In this document: one piece after another, positions 7,301 to 16,709 of the stretch | Layout of the letters: each line of letters opens with the position of its first letter | How positions within the stretch are numbered: the stretch's first letter is position 1 | Virus record (IMG/VR): IMGVR_UViG_2974753385_000001 | Coordinates: 2,185 to 66,184 of that record | DNA length: 64,000 nucleotides | Direction: 5' to 3' (one strand) | Source: a virus | Lineage: Duplodnaviria; Caudoviricetes | Position numbers and translations under genes: made by a program | Notes under the pieces: generated by a model | What the model was told of the DNA's origin: nothing | Databases searched by the model: none | What the model saw: only the letters and a program-made list of their open reading frames with translations

Positions 7301-9117
7301 TGGCGAACTACCTGGGGACGGTCTTTCCGACTCGGACGCACGCGGAGTGGATGGCGCTGAACCCACTCGTCGCGAAGGGCCAGGGTGTCTACGAGTCCGA
7401 CACCGGCGCGCTGAAGATCGGGAATGGTACGGACGTCTATGCCAACCTCCCGTACTTCGTCGGCGCTATCCAGGGGATCTCCGAGGGGCAGGTGGCCGAC
7501 CTCGGATTGATCACCGAGGATGCGGCCCGGCAGGAGTTCGCCCCGGTGGTGGACTCGCGGGTACCGGCGAGCAATCTGCCCCCGGCCTTCCGCACCACGG
7601 ACAGCCAGCCGTTTTCCGCCGACTCCCACTGGAACACCCCGATCGGCGTCGACGCGACCTTCGAGTCGGCCAGCGCCCCAGCGACGGCGAGCCTGCTCGC
7701 CGCCACCCCGGCGATCAACGACGGGACGGCCTACGGGTTCACCAATAACATCGCCAGCCCGACCGACCCTCTCTGCACCGCGGTGTGGAAGGACAGCGGC
7801 GGCGTGGTCCGCGGGACTTTCCAGTTCAAGTGCCCCTACGATCCGGTGATCTCGTCCGGCACGGACCTGTCGATGCGAGTGATCGACGGCCGATGGGCCA
7901 TCGACTTGTGGAAGACCACGCGCACCGGCCTGTACACCTTCGAGGCGCAGTTCATCACGAAGACCGACCTCCTAGGGAACGGCCGGAACGCTGGCACTCG
8001 CGCGGCTCGATGGCCGTCGGCAGGCGGACTGATCCGCGCTCACGAGCTGACGTACATCCCGCACGCCATCGCCATGTCGATCCCCGGCACCAGCCTGAAG
8101 CGGGGATTCGTTTGGCCCGCAGCGGCAGAGGACGCCGAGAGCGTCGTCTACTCCGGCGAGGTACCGATGGGGTCGTTCTTCGCGATCCCTCCGAGCGTGA
8201 ATATCGGCTCTCTGGGGCTGTCGATCGAGGGGTACGCGCTCGCCGAGGCGATGCAGAACTACGGCGTCTACATCGGTGATCAGTCCGGCACCGCGGCGAT
8301 TTCGGTCGACGGGGAGGCTTACACCTCGGCGCGTCCGGCGCTGGAGCGTATGCGCGCGGATTGGACGACGAAGATCTTCTCGCAGTTGCGTCGGGTCACG
8401 AACTTGGCCTCTCCGCAGCCGGGAGGGCCTGGGGCACGCAAGGTTCCGCCGACCGGCCCGGTTACCGTCCGCGCCGATGCGCGCGACTTCGTCGTGGACA
8501 ACATGGCACTGAAGTTGCAGCAGCTCCTCGGCAAGGTGCTGACATCGGAGAACTTCGCCGTTGACGCCTCCCCGTTGACTTCGACGTCGGCGGCCATGGG
8601 AGGCAAGCCCGCCAACTGGACGAGCTATCAGACTCAGTACCGCTACGTGAACGGCGCGGTACAGCGCGTTGCCTCGCCGGACGGACAGACCCGAATCCTT
8701 CTGCTGAACGTCGGCGTCCGAGACGTGCGAGTCAAGTTCCGCGTCAAGACTATGCACGCCTCGGGGTTTGCCTACATGGCCGTCGCCGCAGTGGGGTCGG
8801 GTGAGAATTATCGCCTGGCGATCACTTCGCAGGGGTCGTGCCACCTCCAGCGCGTGATGCCGGGCGAGGACGCCGTCTCCATCACCACCGGCACGCCGAA
8901 CTACACCGTCGGAGCCAACAAGGACATCGAGATCTCGATCCGCGGGAATCGCCTGGAGTACAAGGTCGACGGGGACATCATGGGCGAGGTGTTCGACAAC
9001 GCGGAGGTCAAGGGCACCTCGATCGGGATCTGGTTCCCCAGCGACACGAACATCGCCTGGACCAACCTCGTCGTGGAGTCGATCCCGCGGCTCACGCGCA
9101 AGATCAGTGCAGGATAG
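7300..9117 (+). CDS. putative minor tail / receptor-binding protein: Mtd_N-like N-terminus, central unknown domain, C-terminal beta-sandwich
   Basis: N-term THAEWMALNPLVAKGQGVYESDTGALKIGNG...LPY matches the Mtd_N/hyaluronidase-N anchor pattern. Confidence 0.6.
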   Translation: MANYLGTVFPTRTHAEWMALNPLVAKGQGVYESDTGALKIGNGTDVYANLPYFVGAIQGISEGQVADLGLITEDAARQEFAPVVDSRVPASNLPPAFRTTDSQPFSADSHWNTPIGVDATFESASAPATASLLAATPAINDGTAYGFTNNIASPTDPLCTAVWKDSGGVVRGTFQFKCPYDPVISSGTDLSMRVIDGRWAIDLWKTTRTGLYTFEAQFITKTDLLGNGRNAGTRAARWPSAGGLIRAHELTYIPHAIAMSIPGTSLKRGFVWPAAAEDAESVVYSGEVPMGSFFAIPPSVNIGSLGLSIEGYALAEAMQNYGVYIGDQSGTAAISVDGEAYTSARPALERMRADWTTKIFSQLRRVTNLASPQPGGPGARKVPPTGPVTVRADARDFVVDNMALKLQQLLGKVLTSENFAVDASPLTSTSAAMGGKPANWTSYQTQYRYVNGAVQRVASPDGQTRILLLNVGVRDVRVKFRVKTMHASGFAYMAVAAVGSGENYRLAITSQGSCHLQRVMPGEDAVSITTGTPNYTVGANKDIEISIRGNRLEYKVDGDIMGEVFDNAEVKGTSIGIWFPSDTNIAWTNLVVESIPRLTRKISAG

Positions 9118-9128
9118 CGGGGTATCAT
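9118..9128 (+). promoter_or_regulatory. putative late extended -10 (CGGGGTATCAT), leaderless ATG 9136
   Basis: Matches 7025-7035 at 10 of 11 positions. Confidence 0.5.
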
Positions 9129-9135
9129 TCCGGTT

Positions 9136-9318
9136 ATGGCACAACGGCGGCGCAGGGGTGGCGCGCTCAACACCCGCAAGAAGGGCAAGGCGAAGAACGG
9201 GGCCAAGTGGGGCCACGGCTTCGTTCCGAAGAACGCCGCCGCGCGCAAGCTGAAGAAGAAGCTCGACCGTAACGGGAAGCGCCGCAAGCGAACCGCCCAG
9301 GGGTACCCGAAGCGATGA
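9136..9318 (+). CDS. 60-aa very basic protein
   Basis: 24 of 60 residues are K/R and one is acidic; ATGA-coupled to HNH. Confidence 0.7.
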   Translation: MAQRRRRGGALNTRKKGKAKNGAKWGHGFVPKNAAARKLKKKLDRNGKRRKRTAQGYPKR

Positions 9319-9746
9319 CCGGTCGCGCGCCGAAGACGTGCTCGTGGCGCGACCCCGAAGATGCCTCCCGCGGATGCTCGCGTCGCGCCGAGGAGGCCCC
9401 GAACGGCGACGACTTCCGGTGCCGCGCACACTGGCGGAATACCCTGGCGGGGAAGGGCCCTCGCCGTGTCCGGCCGCTGACGATCGCCGAGAAGGAGTTC
9501 ATCCGCGAGCGCGACCACCACGTCTGCCGAGAGTGCGGGGAGCCCGCTCACGAGGTCGATCACATCGTCGAAGTCGCCGACGGCGGCGGCAACGAGCCGA
9601 GCAACCTCCAGCTCCTCTGCGACCAGCACCACGCGGCCAAGACGCGAGCCAGCCAGGAGGCATGGAACCCTGGTGTCCGGCGGGGCACCTCGGCACGAGC
9701 ACAGGCGAAGCGCAAGGCCCGCGCCGCGGGTCTCTACATTCAGTAG
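9315..9746 (+). CDS. HNH endonuclease (terminase-associated)
   Basis: RDHHVCRECG...EVDHIV..ADGG.NEPSNLQLLCDQHHAAKT. Confidence 0.9.
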   Translation: MTGRAPKTCSWRDPEDASRGCSRRAEEAPNGDDFRCRAHWRNTLAGKGPRRVRPLTIAEKEFIRERDHHVCRECGEPAHEVDHIVEVADGGGNEPSNLQLLCDQHHAAKTRASQEAWNPGVRRGTSARAQAKRKARAAGLYIQ

Positions 9747-9772
9747 GGGGATGACCGGGGAGGGTCAGGAAA

Positions 9773-11500
9773 ATGAGGGTCGAGTACCCAGCGGTCGAGG
9801 ACGATGACGTCACCTACCCAACGCTTGGGCCGCAGGTCGCGGCGTTCATCGAGGACCGGTTCACCTACGGACCCGGCTCACTTCAGGGCCTCCCGGCGAA
9901 GCTGACCGACGACCAGCGCCGGGTGCTGTACCGCGCCTACGAGCACTTCCCCAAGGGGTACAAGCTCTACGGGATGGACAAGACCGGACACCGCCGCTTC
10001 CAGCGGGTTTCGTGGTCGGTACGCAAGGGCTCGGCCAAGACCGAGTTCATGGCCTGGGTGACCGCGTGCGAGCTGCACCCCGAGTCACCGGTCCGGTTCT
10101 GCGGGTACATCGAGGACATCACCGATGAGCAGCGCGAGAAGTGGACCGACGAGGAATACGAGCAGTTCAAGAAGTACGGCATGGCCCCTGGTCGGCCGGT
10201 GAACAACCCCTACATCCCGCTGCTGGCCTACACGAAGGACCAGACCGAGGAGCTCGCGTTCGGCGCGCTACGGTCGATCCTCGAAACCTCGCCGGACGCC
10301 GACCTGTTCGACATCGGCAAGCAGCGCATCATCCGCAAGAACGAGTTCGGCGCGGAGGACGGCAAGTGCCATGCGCTGGCCGGTAACCCGAACTCGGCCG
10401 ACGGTGCGCGCACCACGTTTCAGGGCCTCGACGAGACGCACCGCCTCTACACCCCGACGCACCGGGACGCGATCGAGACGATGATCCAGAACCTCCCGAA
10501 GCGACCGATGGAAGACCCGTGGCAGCTCGCGATCACCACCGCGGGTGAGCCGGGGCAGGGGTCCTACGCCGAGGACGAGTACCGCGAGGGGATCGCCTGC
10601 GCAGAGGGCAAGAAGGTCTCGAAGGGGTTCTACTTCCTGCACCGGCAGGCACCGGACGGCTCGAAGTTCGACACCATGCAGCAGCGCATGGCGGCGATCT
10701 GGGAGGCCACCAGCCCCGACGTCCGCAAGTGGACGCGGTTCGACTCGATCGCGGCCAACTGGGACCGCGATGGCGCAGACACCCAGTACCTAGAGCGGGT
10801 GTGGTGCAACCGCTGGACGCAGACCGCCGCGCAGGCCTTCGACAAGGAGGAGTTCGAGGCGCTCGGCGATCCGCGGTTCAAGATCCCCGACGGCGCGTTC
10901 GTCACGGTCGGGTTCGACGGCGCGAAGTTCCAGGACTCAACGGGATTCGTCGTCACCGACATCAAGACCGGCACCCAGAACGTGCTCGGTTTCTGGGAGC
11001 GGCCCGACGACGACAAGATCGCGCGGGACGCCGACGGCAAGAAGGTCAAGTGGCAGGTCCCTGAGGTCGAGGTCAACCACGCCTTCGCCGAGATCATGCG
11101 CCGGTTCAAGGTGTGGCGGGTCTATGCGGATCCGCCGCACTGGGTGGAGACCGTCGGTGCGTGGCACGCGGCCTACCCCGACCAGGTCTTCGAGTTCTGG
11201 ACGAAGGACCCGACCCGCATGTACTACGCGGCGAAGTCGTACCGGAGTGCCATTTCCAGCGGGTCACTGTCGCACGACGGCGATCCCGATTTCATCAAGC
11301 ACATCGGCAACGCGGGCAAGCGCACCACTCGCGGTGAGGACGAGGACGGCGAGCCCCGGTTCGTGCTCACGAAGATCGCCTACGACCGCAAGTTCGACCT
11401 GACGATGGCTGGAATCCTATCCTGGCAGGCGCGCATGGACGCGATCAACGAGGGCGCGCAGCCGCCGGTCGACGCGATGGAGATCATCCGAGTCCGGTGA
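9773..11500 (+). CDS. terL: terminase large subunit
   Basis: Walker A-like VRKGSAKT, Walker B GLDETH, coupling motif ITTAG, nuclease VGFDGA; directly upstream of portal. Confidence 0.92.
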   Translation: MRVEYPAVEDDDVTYPTLGPQVAAFIEDRFTYGPGSLQGLPAKLTDDQRRVLYRAYEHFPKGYKLYGMDKTGHRRFQRVSWSVRKGSAKTEFMAWVTACELHPESPVRFCGYIEDITDEQREKWTDEEYEQFKKYGMAPGRPVNNPYIPLLAYTKDQTEELAFGALRSILETSPDADLFDIGKQRIIRKNEFGAEDGKCHALAGNPNSADGARTTFQGLDETHRLYTPTHRDAIETMIQNLPKRPMEDPWQLAITTAGEPGQGSYAEDEYREGIACAEGKKVSKGFYFLHRQAPDGSKFDTMQQRMAAIWEATSPDVRKWTRFDSIAANWDRDGADTQYLERVWCNRWTQTAAQAFDKEEFEALGDPRFKIPDGAFVTVGFDGAKFQDSTGFVVTDIKTGTQNVLGFWERPDDDKIARDADGKKVKWQVPEVEVNHAFAEIMRRFKVWRVYADPPHWVETVGAWHAAYPDQVFEFWTKDPTRMYYAAKSYRSAISSGSLSHDGDPDFIKHIGNAGKRTTRGEDEDGEPRFVLTKIAYDRKFDLTMAGILSWQARMDAINEGAQPPVDAMEIIRVR

Positions 11501-13119
11501 GTCTAGCTGTTACAGTTGACGAAACCGATGAGGGAGATGGTGTGGGGGTTATCTACGGCCAGGCCGTGAAGGCGGTGTCGCCGGTCGGTGACATCGAGCC
11601 GACACCCGACTGGTTCCTCATCTACTCGCTGAAGGAGATCCTCGCACAGAAGGATCGGCACGAACGCCTGCGCAAGTACGTTGAGGGGGACCCGCCGAAG
11701 CCCCAGACGCCCGGCAACACCAGCGAGGACTCCTGGAAGGAGTTCGAGGCCTTCCGCAAGAAGTCCCGCACCAACTACGCCGGACAGATCATCGGCGCGT
11801 GTGTCGACCGGACCACCGTCCAGGGGTTCCGCACCGCGAAGGATCACGACACCGACGGCGACAAGGAAGCCCGCAAGCTCTGGGACGACAACGACCTGGA
11901 CATCAAGGGCGACAAGGCGATCTCCGAGGCCTACACCTACGGCAAGGGGTATCTGCTCGCCGACCCGCTGACCAAGAAGGCGAAGCATTTCAAGCCGTGG
12001 CAGGCGGTCATCATCAAGGACACTGCCGACGAACCGCGAGCGGGGCTGTGCATCGAGCACAACCCGACCGAGGGGCGCGACTACGCCTACCTCTACCTGC
12101 GCGACATCGACACCTACGGCCAGGCGACCGGCAAGGTCTCGGTCCACATTGCGGTCCGAGATCGGGACAACCGTGCCAATGTGCGCGGCGGGATCTTCAC
12201 CCGAGAGGTCCCCATCACCACCGCAATGACCCGATCGTGGGCCTGGTGGAAGACCGTCGAGACCGGCCTGGAAATCATCCCCCTCGTCGCCTTCGAGAAC
12301 CGCGACGAGTGCGGCGAGTTCGAGAACGATACGGACGTACTAGACCGGATCAACCACATGCTGCTCCAGCGCGTCGTCATCGCGACGATGCAGGCGTTCA
12401 AGCAGCGCGGCATCAAGGGCACCTTCGCGAAGCACGACGCGAAGGGCAACGTCATCGACTACAACGAGATGTTCCCGGCGGACCCGAACGCGCTGTGGCT
12501 GCTGCCTGCCGACGCCGAGATCTGGGAGTCCGGCCAGACCTCGATCCAGGACATCCTGTCCGCGGTGAAGGACGACGTCCGCGACCTCGCGTCGGTGACC
12601 CGCACGCCGATGAACTACTTCAGCTCGGACGCGGCGAACCAGTCGGCGACCGGCTCCGAGCTCCAGAACGACTCCTACCTGCTGAAGATCCGAGATCGCA
12701 AGGCGCGGTTCCGTTCCCGTTGGGTCCGGTTCATGCACCTGATGTTCACGATCAACGGCGACACCGAGCGCGCAGACATGTCGAAGCTCGCGGTCATCTG
12801 GATGCCGAGCGACAACGTCTCGATCACCGACCGCTACTCCGCTGCGTCGCAGGCGAAGAGCCTCGGGTTGTCGCTGCGCACGATCATGCGCGAGGTGCTC
12901 AACTACGCGCCGGAGGACATCGAGGTCGCCGAGCTGGAGATGATCTCGGAGACGCTGAAGAACGCGATCCGAGTCACCGAGCCCGGCCAGACCACCGGCG
13001 CGAATCCGGCGGCGCAGACGCCGCTTCAGCAGCGCGCCGCGTCGGCGGCCGCGCTGACGTCGAGCAACGGGGCCACCAGCCGGGCCACCGGCGCGACGGC
13101 GGGTAGGTCCGGCCAGTGA
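11497..13119 (+). CDS. portal protein (alternative start GTG 11542 with SD GAGGGAG)
   Basis: SPP1 gp6-like actinophage portal features (RTNYAGQII, IDRINH...QR, ASVTRTP); synteny. Confidence 0.9.
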   Translation: MSLAVTVDETDEGDGVGVIYGQAVKAVSPVGDIEPTPDWFLIYSLKEILAQKDRHERLRKYVEGDPPKPQTPGNTSEDSWKEFEAFRKKSRTNYAGQIIGACVDRTTVQGFRTAKDHDTDGDKEARKLWDDNDLDIKGDKAISEAYTYGKGYLLADPLTKKAKHFKPWQAVIIKDTADEPRAGLCIEHNPTEGRDYAYLYLRDIDTYGQATGKVSVHIAVRDRDNRANVRGGIFTREVPITTAMTRSWAWWKTVETGLEIIPLVAFENRDECGEFENDTDVLDRINHMLLQRVVIATMQAFKQRGIKGTFAKHDAKGNVIDYNEMFPADPNALWLLPADAEIWESGQTSIQDILSAVKDDVRDLASVTRTPMNYFSSDAANQSATGSELQNDSYLLKIRDRKARFRSRWVRFMHLMFTINGDTERADMSKLAVIWMPSDNVSITDRYSAASQAKSLGLSLRTIMREVLNYAPEDIEVAELEMISETLKNAIRVTEPGQTTGANPAAQTPLQQRAASAAALTSSNGATSRATGATAGRSGQ

Positions 13120-14465
13120 CCACGCCCGGCTCCCTCGCGCCACGACCGAGCCTCCTCGACGTCCCGGCCGTCCCGCCGGAGGAGATGACGGCCGAGGAGC
13201 AGGAGCAGTGGACCGTCGCGCAGGTCGCCGCGATCACGCTGGCGGCCGCGTCGGCGCGCGAGCAGGTCGCCACGAACACCACTCTCGCGCTGGTTCCCTT
13301 GCTGCGCCTGATCAATCCCTACAACGAGGAGGCCGTGACGCGCTTCGCCAAGGAGGCGGCGCAGCTCGTCACCGCGGGGATCGACCAGGTCGGCCAGGTC
13401 GCTTGGGCCGCGGTGTCATCGCGCCTGTCGGTACAGGGGTATACCCTGTCCACCCGGTACCAGCCTCCCACAGACGGCCGGACCACCGATCTCGAAGTGG
13501 CCTACAAGCGCGTCGCCGCAGACTACCGACGTCGCGTCGCCGCCGGGCCGGACTCGATCCGCGGCACCATCGCGCAGGCCGAGGAAGAGCGGTTCCAGGC
13601 GATCGGCGGGGCCGTCGTCGCCGAGGGCCGTCGAGGGGAGAGCAATGCCGAAATCGAAGGTACGAAGCGGACACCGGCAAAGAGTGCAGGCTCGTCGGGA
13701 TCGTCAGACCGCGCGAAGGATTCGAGCAAAGCAGCGGGAGGCGGCGGTTCGGAACGGGCTGGAGAGTCCGACCCCAAGCCTCGCCCTGCCCCCTCTGACC
13801 GAGCCGTCAACGACACCCGCGAAGATCGCGACGGTGCCGCTGCGGCAGGAGAACTCCCTTCGGGTGCCAGCGCGGCTGACGCAGCCGCCGAGGACGCCGC
13901 TCGCGTCGAGGCCGAGCTTCGCCGTGAAGCAGCCCTGAGCGATGCCGAGAAGCAGCGGCTACTCGAACAGGTCGCACAGCAGGAGATGGAGATCCGCCTG
14001 GAGCGGATGGTCAACGACGACCTCTCGATGGCGAACCGATCCGCGTTCCGCAATGCGATCAACGCGGCACCGAAGGGGGTAATCACCGGCTACCGGCGGG
14101 TGTTGCACCCCGAGCTGTCGCAGTCCGGCCAGTCCTGCGGGCTCTGCGTGGCGGCCTCGACGCGGATCTACAAGAAGAAGGATCTGCTACCGATCCACAA
14201 CCTCTGCAACTGCGAACCGATCGAGATCGTCAAGGGTCGCGATGTAGGGAACCAGATCAACGAGGAAGACCTCGATACTCTGTACGGCGAGGCGGGTTTC
14301 AGCACCCACCGCACGGATCTGTCGAACACGAAGTACACCGTGTTCAACCACCCAGAGCTCGGGCCGGTCCTCCGGTCTGTGCCGAGGAGCAAGAAGCGAA
14401 AGCCCGTGGACATCCAGTTCGGCCCGCGGGAATCGTCAACCGACCGGGGAGGTCAACAGCAATGA
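13116..14465 (+). CDS. capsid maturation protease / MuF-like head protein with low-complexity insertion
   Basis: C-term GYRRVLHPELS..GQSCGLC.AASTR.Y...PIH..CNC; lies between portal and scaffold. Confidence 0.75.
   Translation: MTTPGSLAPRPSLLDVPAVPPEEMTAEEQEQWTVAQVAAITLAAASAREQVATNTTLALVPLLRLINPYNEEAVTRFAKEAAQLVTAGIDQVGQVAWAAVSSRLSVQGYTLSTRYQPPTDGRTTDLEVAYKRVAADYRRRVAAGPDSIRGTIAQAEEERFQAIGGAVVAEGRRGESNAEIEGTKRTPAKSAGSSGSSDRAKDSSKAAGGGGSERAGESDPKPRPAPSDRAVNDTREDRDGAAAAGELPSGASAADAAAEDAARVEAELRREAALSDAEKQRLLEQVAQQEMEIRLERMVNDDLSMANRSAFRNAINAAPKGVITGYRRVLHPELSQSGQSCGLCVAASTRIYKKKDLLPIHNLCNCEPIEIVKGRDVGNQINEEDLDTLYGEAGFSTHRTDLSNTKYTVFNHPELGPVLRSVPRSKKRKPVDIQFGPRESSTDRGGQQQ
13645..13938 (+). CDS. 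candidate overprinted (+1 frame) basic protein
   Basis: Own SD GAGGGGAG at 13633-13640; the host frame loses its GC3 bias in this interval. Confidence 0.4.
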   Translation: MPKSKVRSGHRQRVQARRDRQTARRIRAKQREAAVRNGLESPTPSLALPPLTEPSTTPAKIATVPLRQENSLRVPARLTQPPRTPLASRPSFAVKQP

Positions 14466-15136
14466 TGAAGTCGTTCAACAAGAGCCGCGTGATCGCGGCC
14501 GCCATGCCGCTCGACGGGGACCTGCCGTTCACCGGTCGGCCGGTGCGCGCGGCCCGAGCGATCCCGCGCCGCGACCCCAATGGTCACGGCGACGGCAACG
14601 GCAACGGTGACGGCAACGGTGACGACGACGATGACGGCAACGGCGAGCCGACGCCGGTCGACGTCAAGGGATCTCCCGAGTACAAGGCCCTCGCCACCGA
14701 GGCGCAGAAGCACAAGGACGACCTCGCCACTCTGCGCGCCGAGCTCGAAGAGCTGAAGAACAAGGATCTCCCCGAGGACGAGCGCCAGCGCGCCGCCGAG
14801 GTGGCGACCAAGGTCTCGGAGGCGGTGTCGGCCAAGGAGGTCGAGCTGACCGACCTCTACGAGACTCGAATCGCCAAGCTGCACGACGAAATCATCGACT
14901 CCACGATCGACAGCGTCTTCGCCGGTGGGTCGCTGGACAAGAAGGATTTCGTCGACATCATCGCGACTTTGGACAAGGCCCAGTTCGTCACCGATGATGG
15001 CACTGTCGATCGGGAGAAGATCAAGCGGGTTCTGACTCCGATTACCAAGGCGGCGACCTCACGGCCTCCCCGTACTTCTGGGGTCGCGCGGGTGGCGCAG
15101 AACAACGGCTTTGGTCGATACCTGAAGCAGGACTGA
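14462..15136 (+). CDS. scaffolding protein
   Basis: Acidic, coiled-coil, G/N/D-repeat N-terminus; synteny. Confidence 0.8.
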   Translation: MMKSFNKSRVIAAAMPLDGDLPFTGRPVRAARAIPRRDPNGHGDGNGNGDGNGDDDDDGNGEPTPVDVKGSPEYKALATEAQKHKDDLATLRAELEELKNKDLPEDERQRAAEVATKVSEAVSAKEVELTDLYETRIAKLHDEIIDSTIDSVFAGGSLDKKDFVDIIATLDKAQFVTDDGTVDREKIKRVLTPITKAATSRPPRTSGVARVAQNNGFGRYLKQD

Positions 15137-15153
15137 GAGAAGGAGAAGGCTCG

Positions 15154-15600
15154 ATGGCCGGATTGACCCCCACGCGGAGCACCAACAAGAACGTCCGCGA
15201 CAACACCTGGCTGGCCTCGGCCGACGGGCTGGAATACGCAGGCAGCGCAACGCTGCACGCGACCAGCCTCTCCGCCGCGGGCAACCACAAGCTCGACAAC
15301 TGGCTCCGCAGCGGCACTCCGCTCGGCAAGGTCACCGCAGCCGGTGCGACGCAGGGCCAGTACGGCCTCTACGACCCCGCTGCGACCGACGGCCGTCAGC
15401 ACCACGTCGCGTTCCTCGTCGACTCGGTGCAGCTCGTCGATCCCGTGTCGGGCGTGGCGAACACGCCGATCACCGGAGCGATCATCGAGCGGGGCCAGAT
15501 CCTCGTCGGCCGTCTCCCGGTGGCCTTCACCCCGGCGGACACCGTCGACGTCGATGGCGACGTCACCGCGTCGGTGTCGAAGCACTTCATCTACCGGTAG
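15154..15600 (+). CDS. capsid decoration protein
   Basis: SGTPLGKVTA..QYGLYD..ATDGRQ...FL pattern of lambda gpD-like actinophage decoration proteins. Confidence 0.75.
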   Translation: MAGLTPTRSTNKNVRDNTWLASADGLEYAGSATLHATSLSAAGNHKLDNWLRSGTPLGKVTAAGATQGQYGLYDPAATDGRQHHVAFLVDSVQLVDPVSGVANTPITGAIIERGQILVGRLPVAFTPADTVDVDGDVTASVSKHFIYR

Positions 15601-15640
15601 ACCTCGGGCTCGACAGAGACCAGAAGACAGGAGAGGGTAA

Positions 15641-16708
15641 ATGCCCATCAATCGCGATTTCGTCGATCCCGCGGAGTTGACTTCGCAGGTTCGCGTGGCG
15701 CTGGCCGACATGGACATCAACGGTCCGAACACGCTTGCGCCATACCTGCCGTCGGAGACCATCGACGACATCGAGTACAACGCCGAGACCGGTCAGGGTG
15801 GCCTGGTCGAGGCGGCCATGTACCGCGCGTTCGACGCCGAGCTGCCGCTGGCGAACGACGAGGCGCTTGGCAACATGCGCGGTCGTATCCACCCGCTCGG
15901 CCAGAAGATCCCTCTCCTGGAGGAGGATCGCATTCGCCTGCGCAACGGTGCCGAGAGTGGGCTCACCGCCTACATCGAGCGCACCTCCAAGCGCATCGCG
16001 AAGGCCGTTGCGCTCCAGATCAACCTGAAGCGCGCGGAGGCTCTGTCCACCGGCAAGCTGAAGTTCGTCGGCAACCGCCAGAACTTCGAGGTCGACTTCG
16101 GCCGCCGCGCCGACTTCACCGCGACGGCGACCGACCTCTTCAGCGATCCCGACGTCGATCCGTTCGGCGTCCTGGAGGATCTGAACGAGGAGTACTACGA
16201 CGAGAACGGTTTCGAGATCGGAACCTTCCTCGCGCCGAAGGAGGTCAAGAACGCCTTCTACCGGCACCCGCTGGTCACCGCGCTCGCGTTCGGACGCAAG
16301 CCGACCGACGTGCCGGACGGTGCAGTGGCACCCCCGTCGGCGATCGACGCTCTCTTCGGCGAGCGCAACCTGCCGGGCTTCACCAAGGTCGGCGGCCGCA
16401 TCAAGGTGCGCAACCTCGACGAGTCGGTGACGATCAAGGATCTGCTCCCGCGGGACACCCTGATCGCTCTTCCCGGCGCGGGTGACGCTTCGGTGGCGGG
16501 TTCGTCCGAGCTCGGATCGACCTTCTGGGGCAAGACCATCGAGGCCGACAAGCCCGAGTGGGGCCTGTCCGCCGAGGATGGTGCCGGTATCGTCGCCGCC
16601 GTCCACGACAACGACGACGTCCCGGCTCGCATGTGGGTCTCGGCCCACGCGATCGCCATGCCGGTCCTGGTCAACCCGAACTACTCGGCCGCGCTGAAGG
16701 TTCTCTGA
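15641..16708 (+). CDS. major capsid protein (gpE-like)
   Basis: 355 aa with strong SD; AMYRAFDAE, C-term AIAMPVL.NP; synteny. Confidence 0.88.
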   Translation: MPINRDFVDPAELTSQVRVALADMDINGPNTLAPYLPSETIDDIEYNAETGQGGLVEAAMYRAFDAELPLANDEALGNMRGRIHPLGQKIPLLEEDRIRLRNGAESGLTAYIERTSKRIAKAVALQINLKRAEALSTGKLKFVGNRQNFEVDFGRRADFTATATDLFSDPDVDPFGVLEDLNEEYYDENGFEIGTFLAPKEVKNAFYRHPLVTALAFGRKPTDVPDGAVAPPSAIDALFGERNLPGFTKVGGRIKVRNLDESVTIKDLLPRDTLIALPGAGDASVAGSSELGSTFWGKTIEADKPEWGLSAEDGAGIVAAVHDNDDVPARMWVSAHAIAMPVLVNPNYSAALKVL

Positions 16709-16709
16709 C

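Noticed and set aside
7300-9117. Diversity-generating retroelement target (Mtd_N)
   Set aside because: No reverse transcriptase and no template/variable repeat pair seen in the window.
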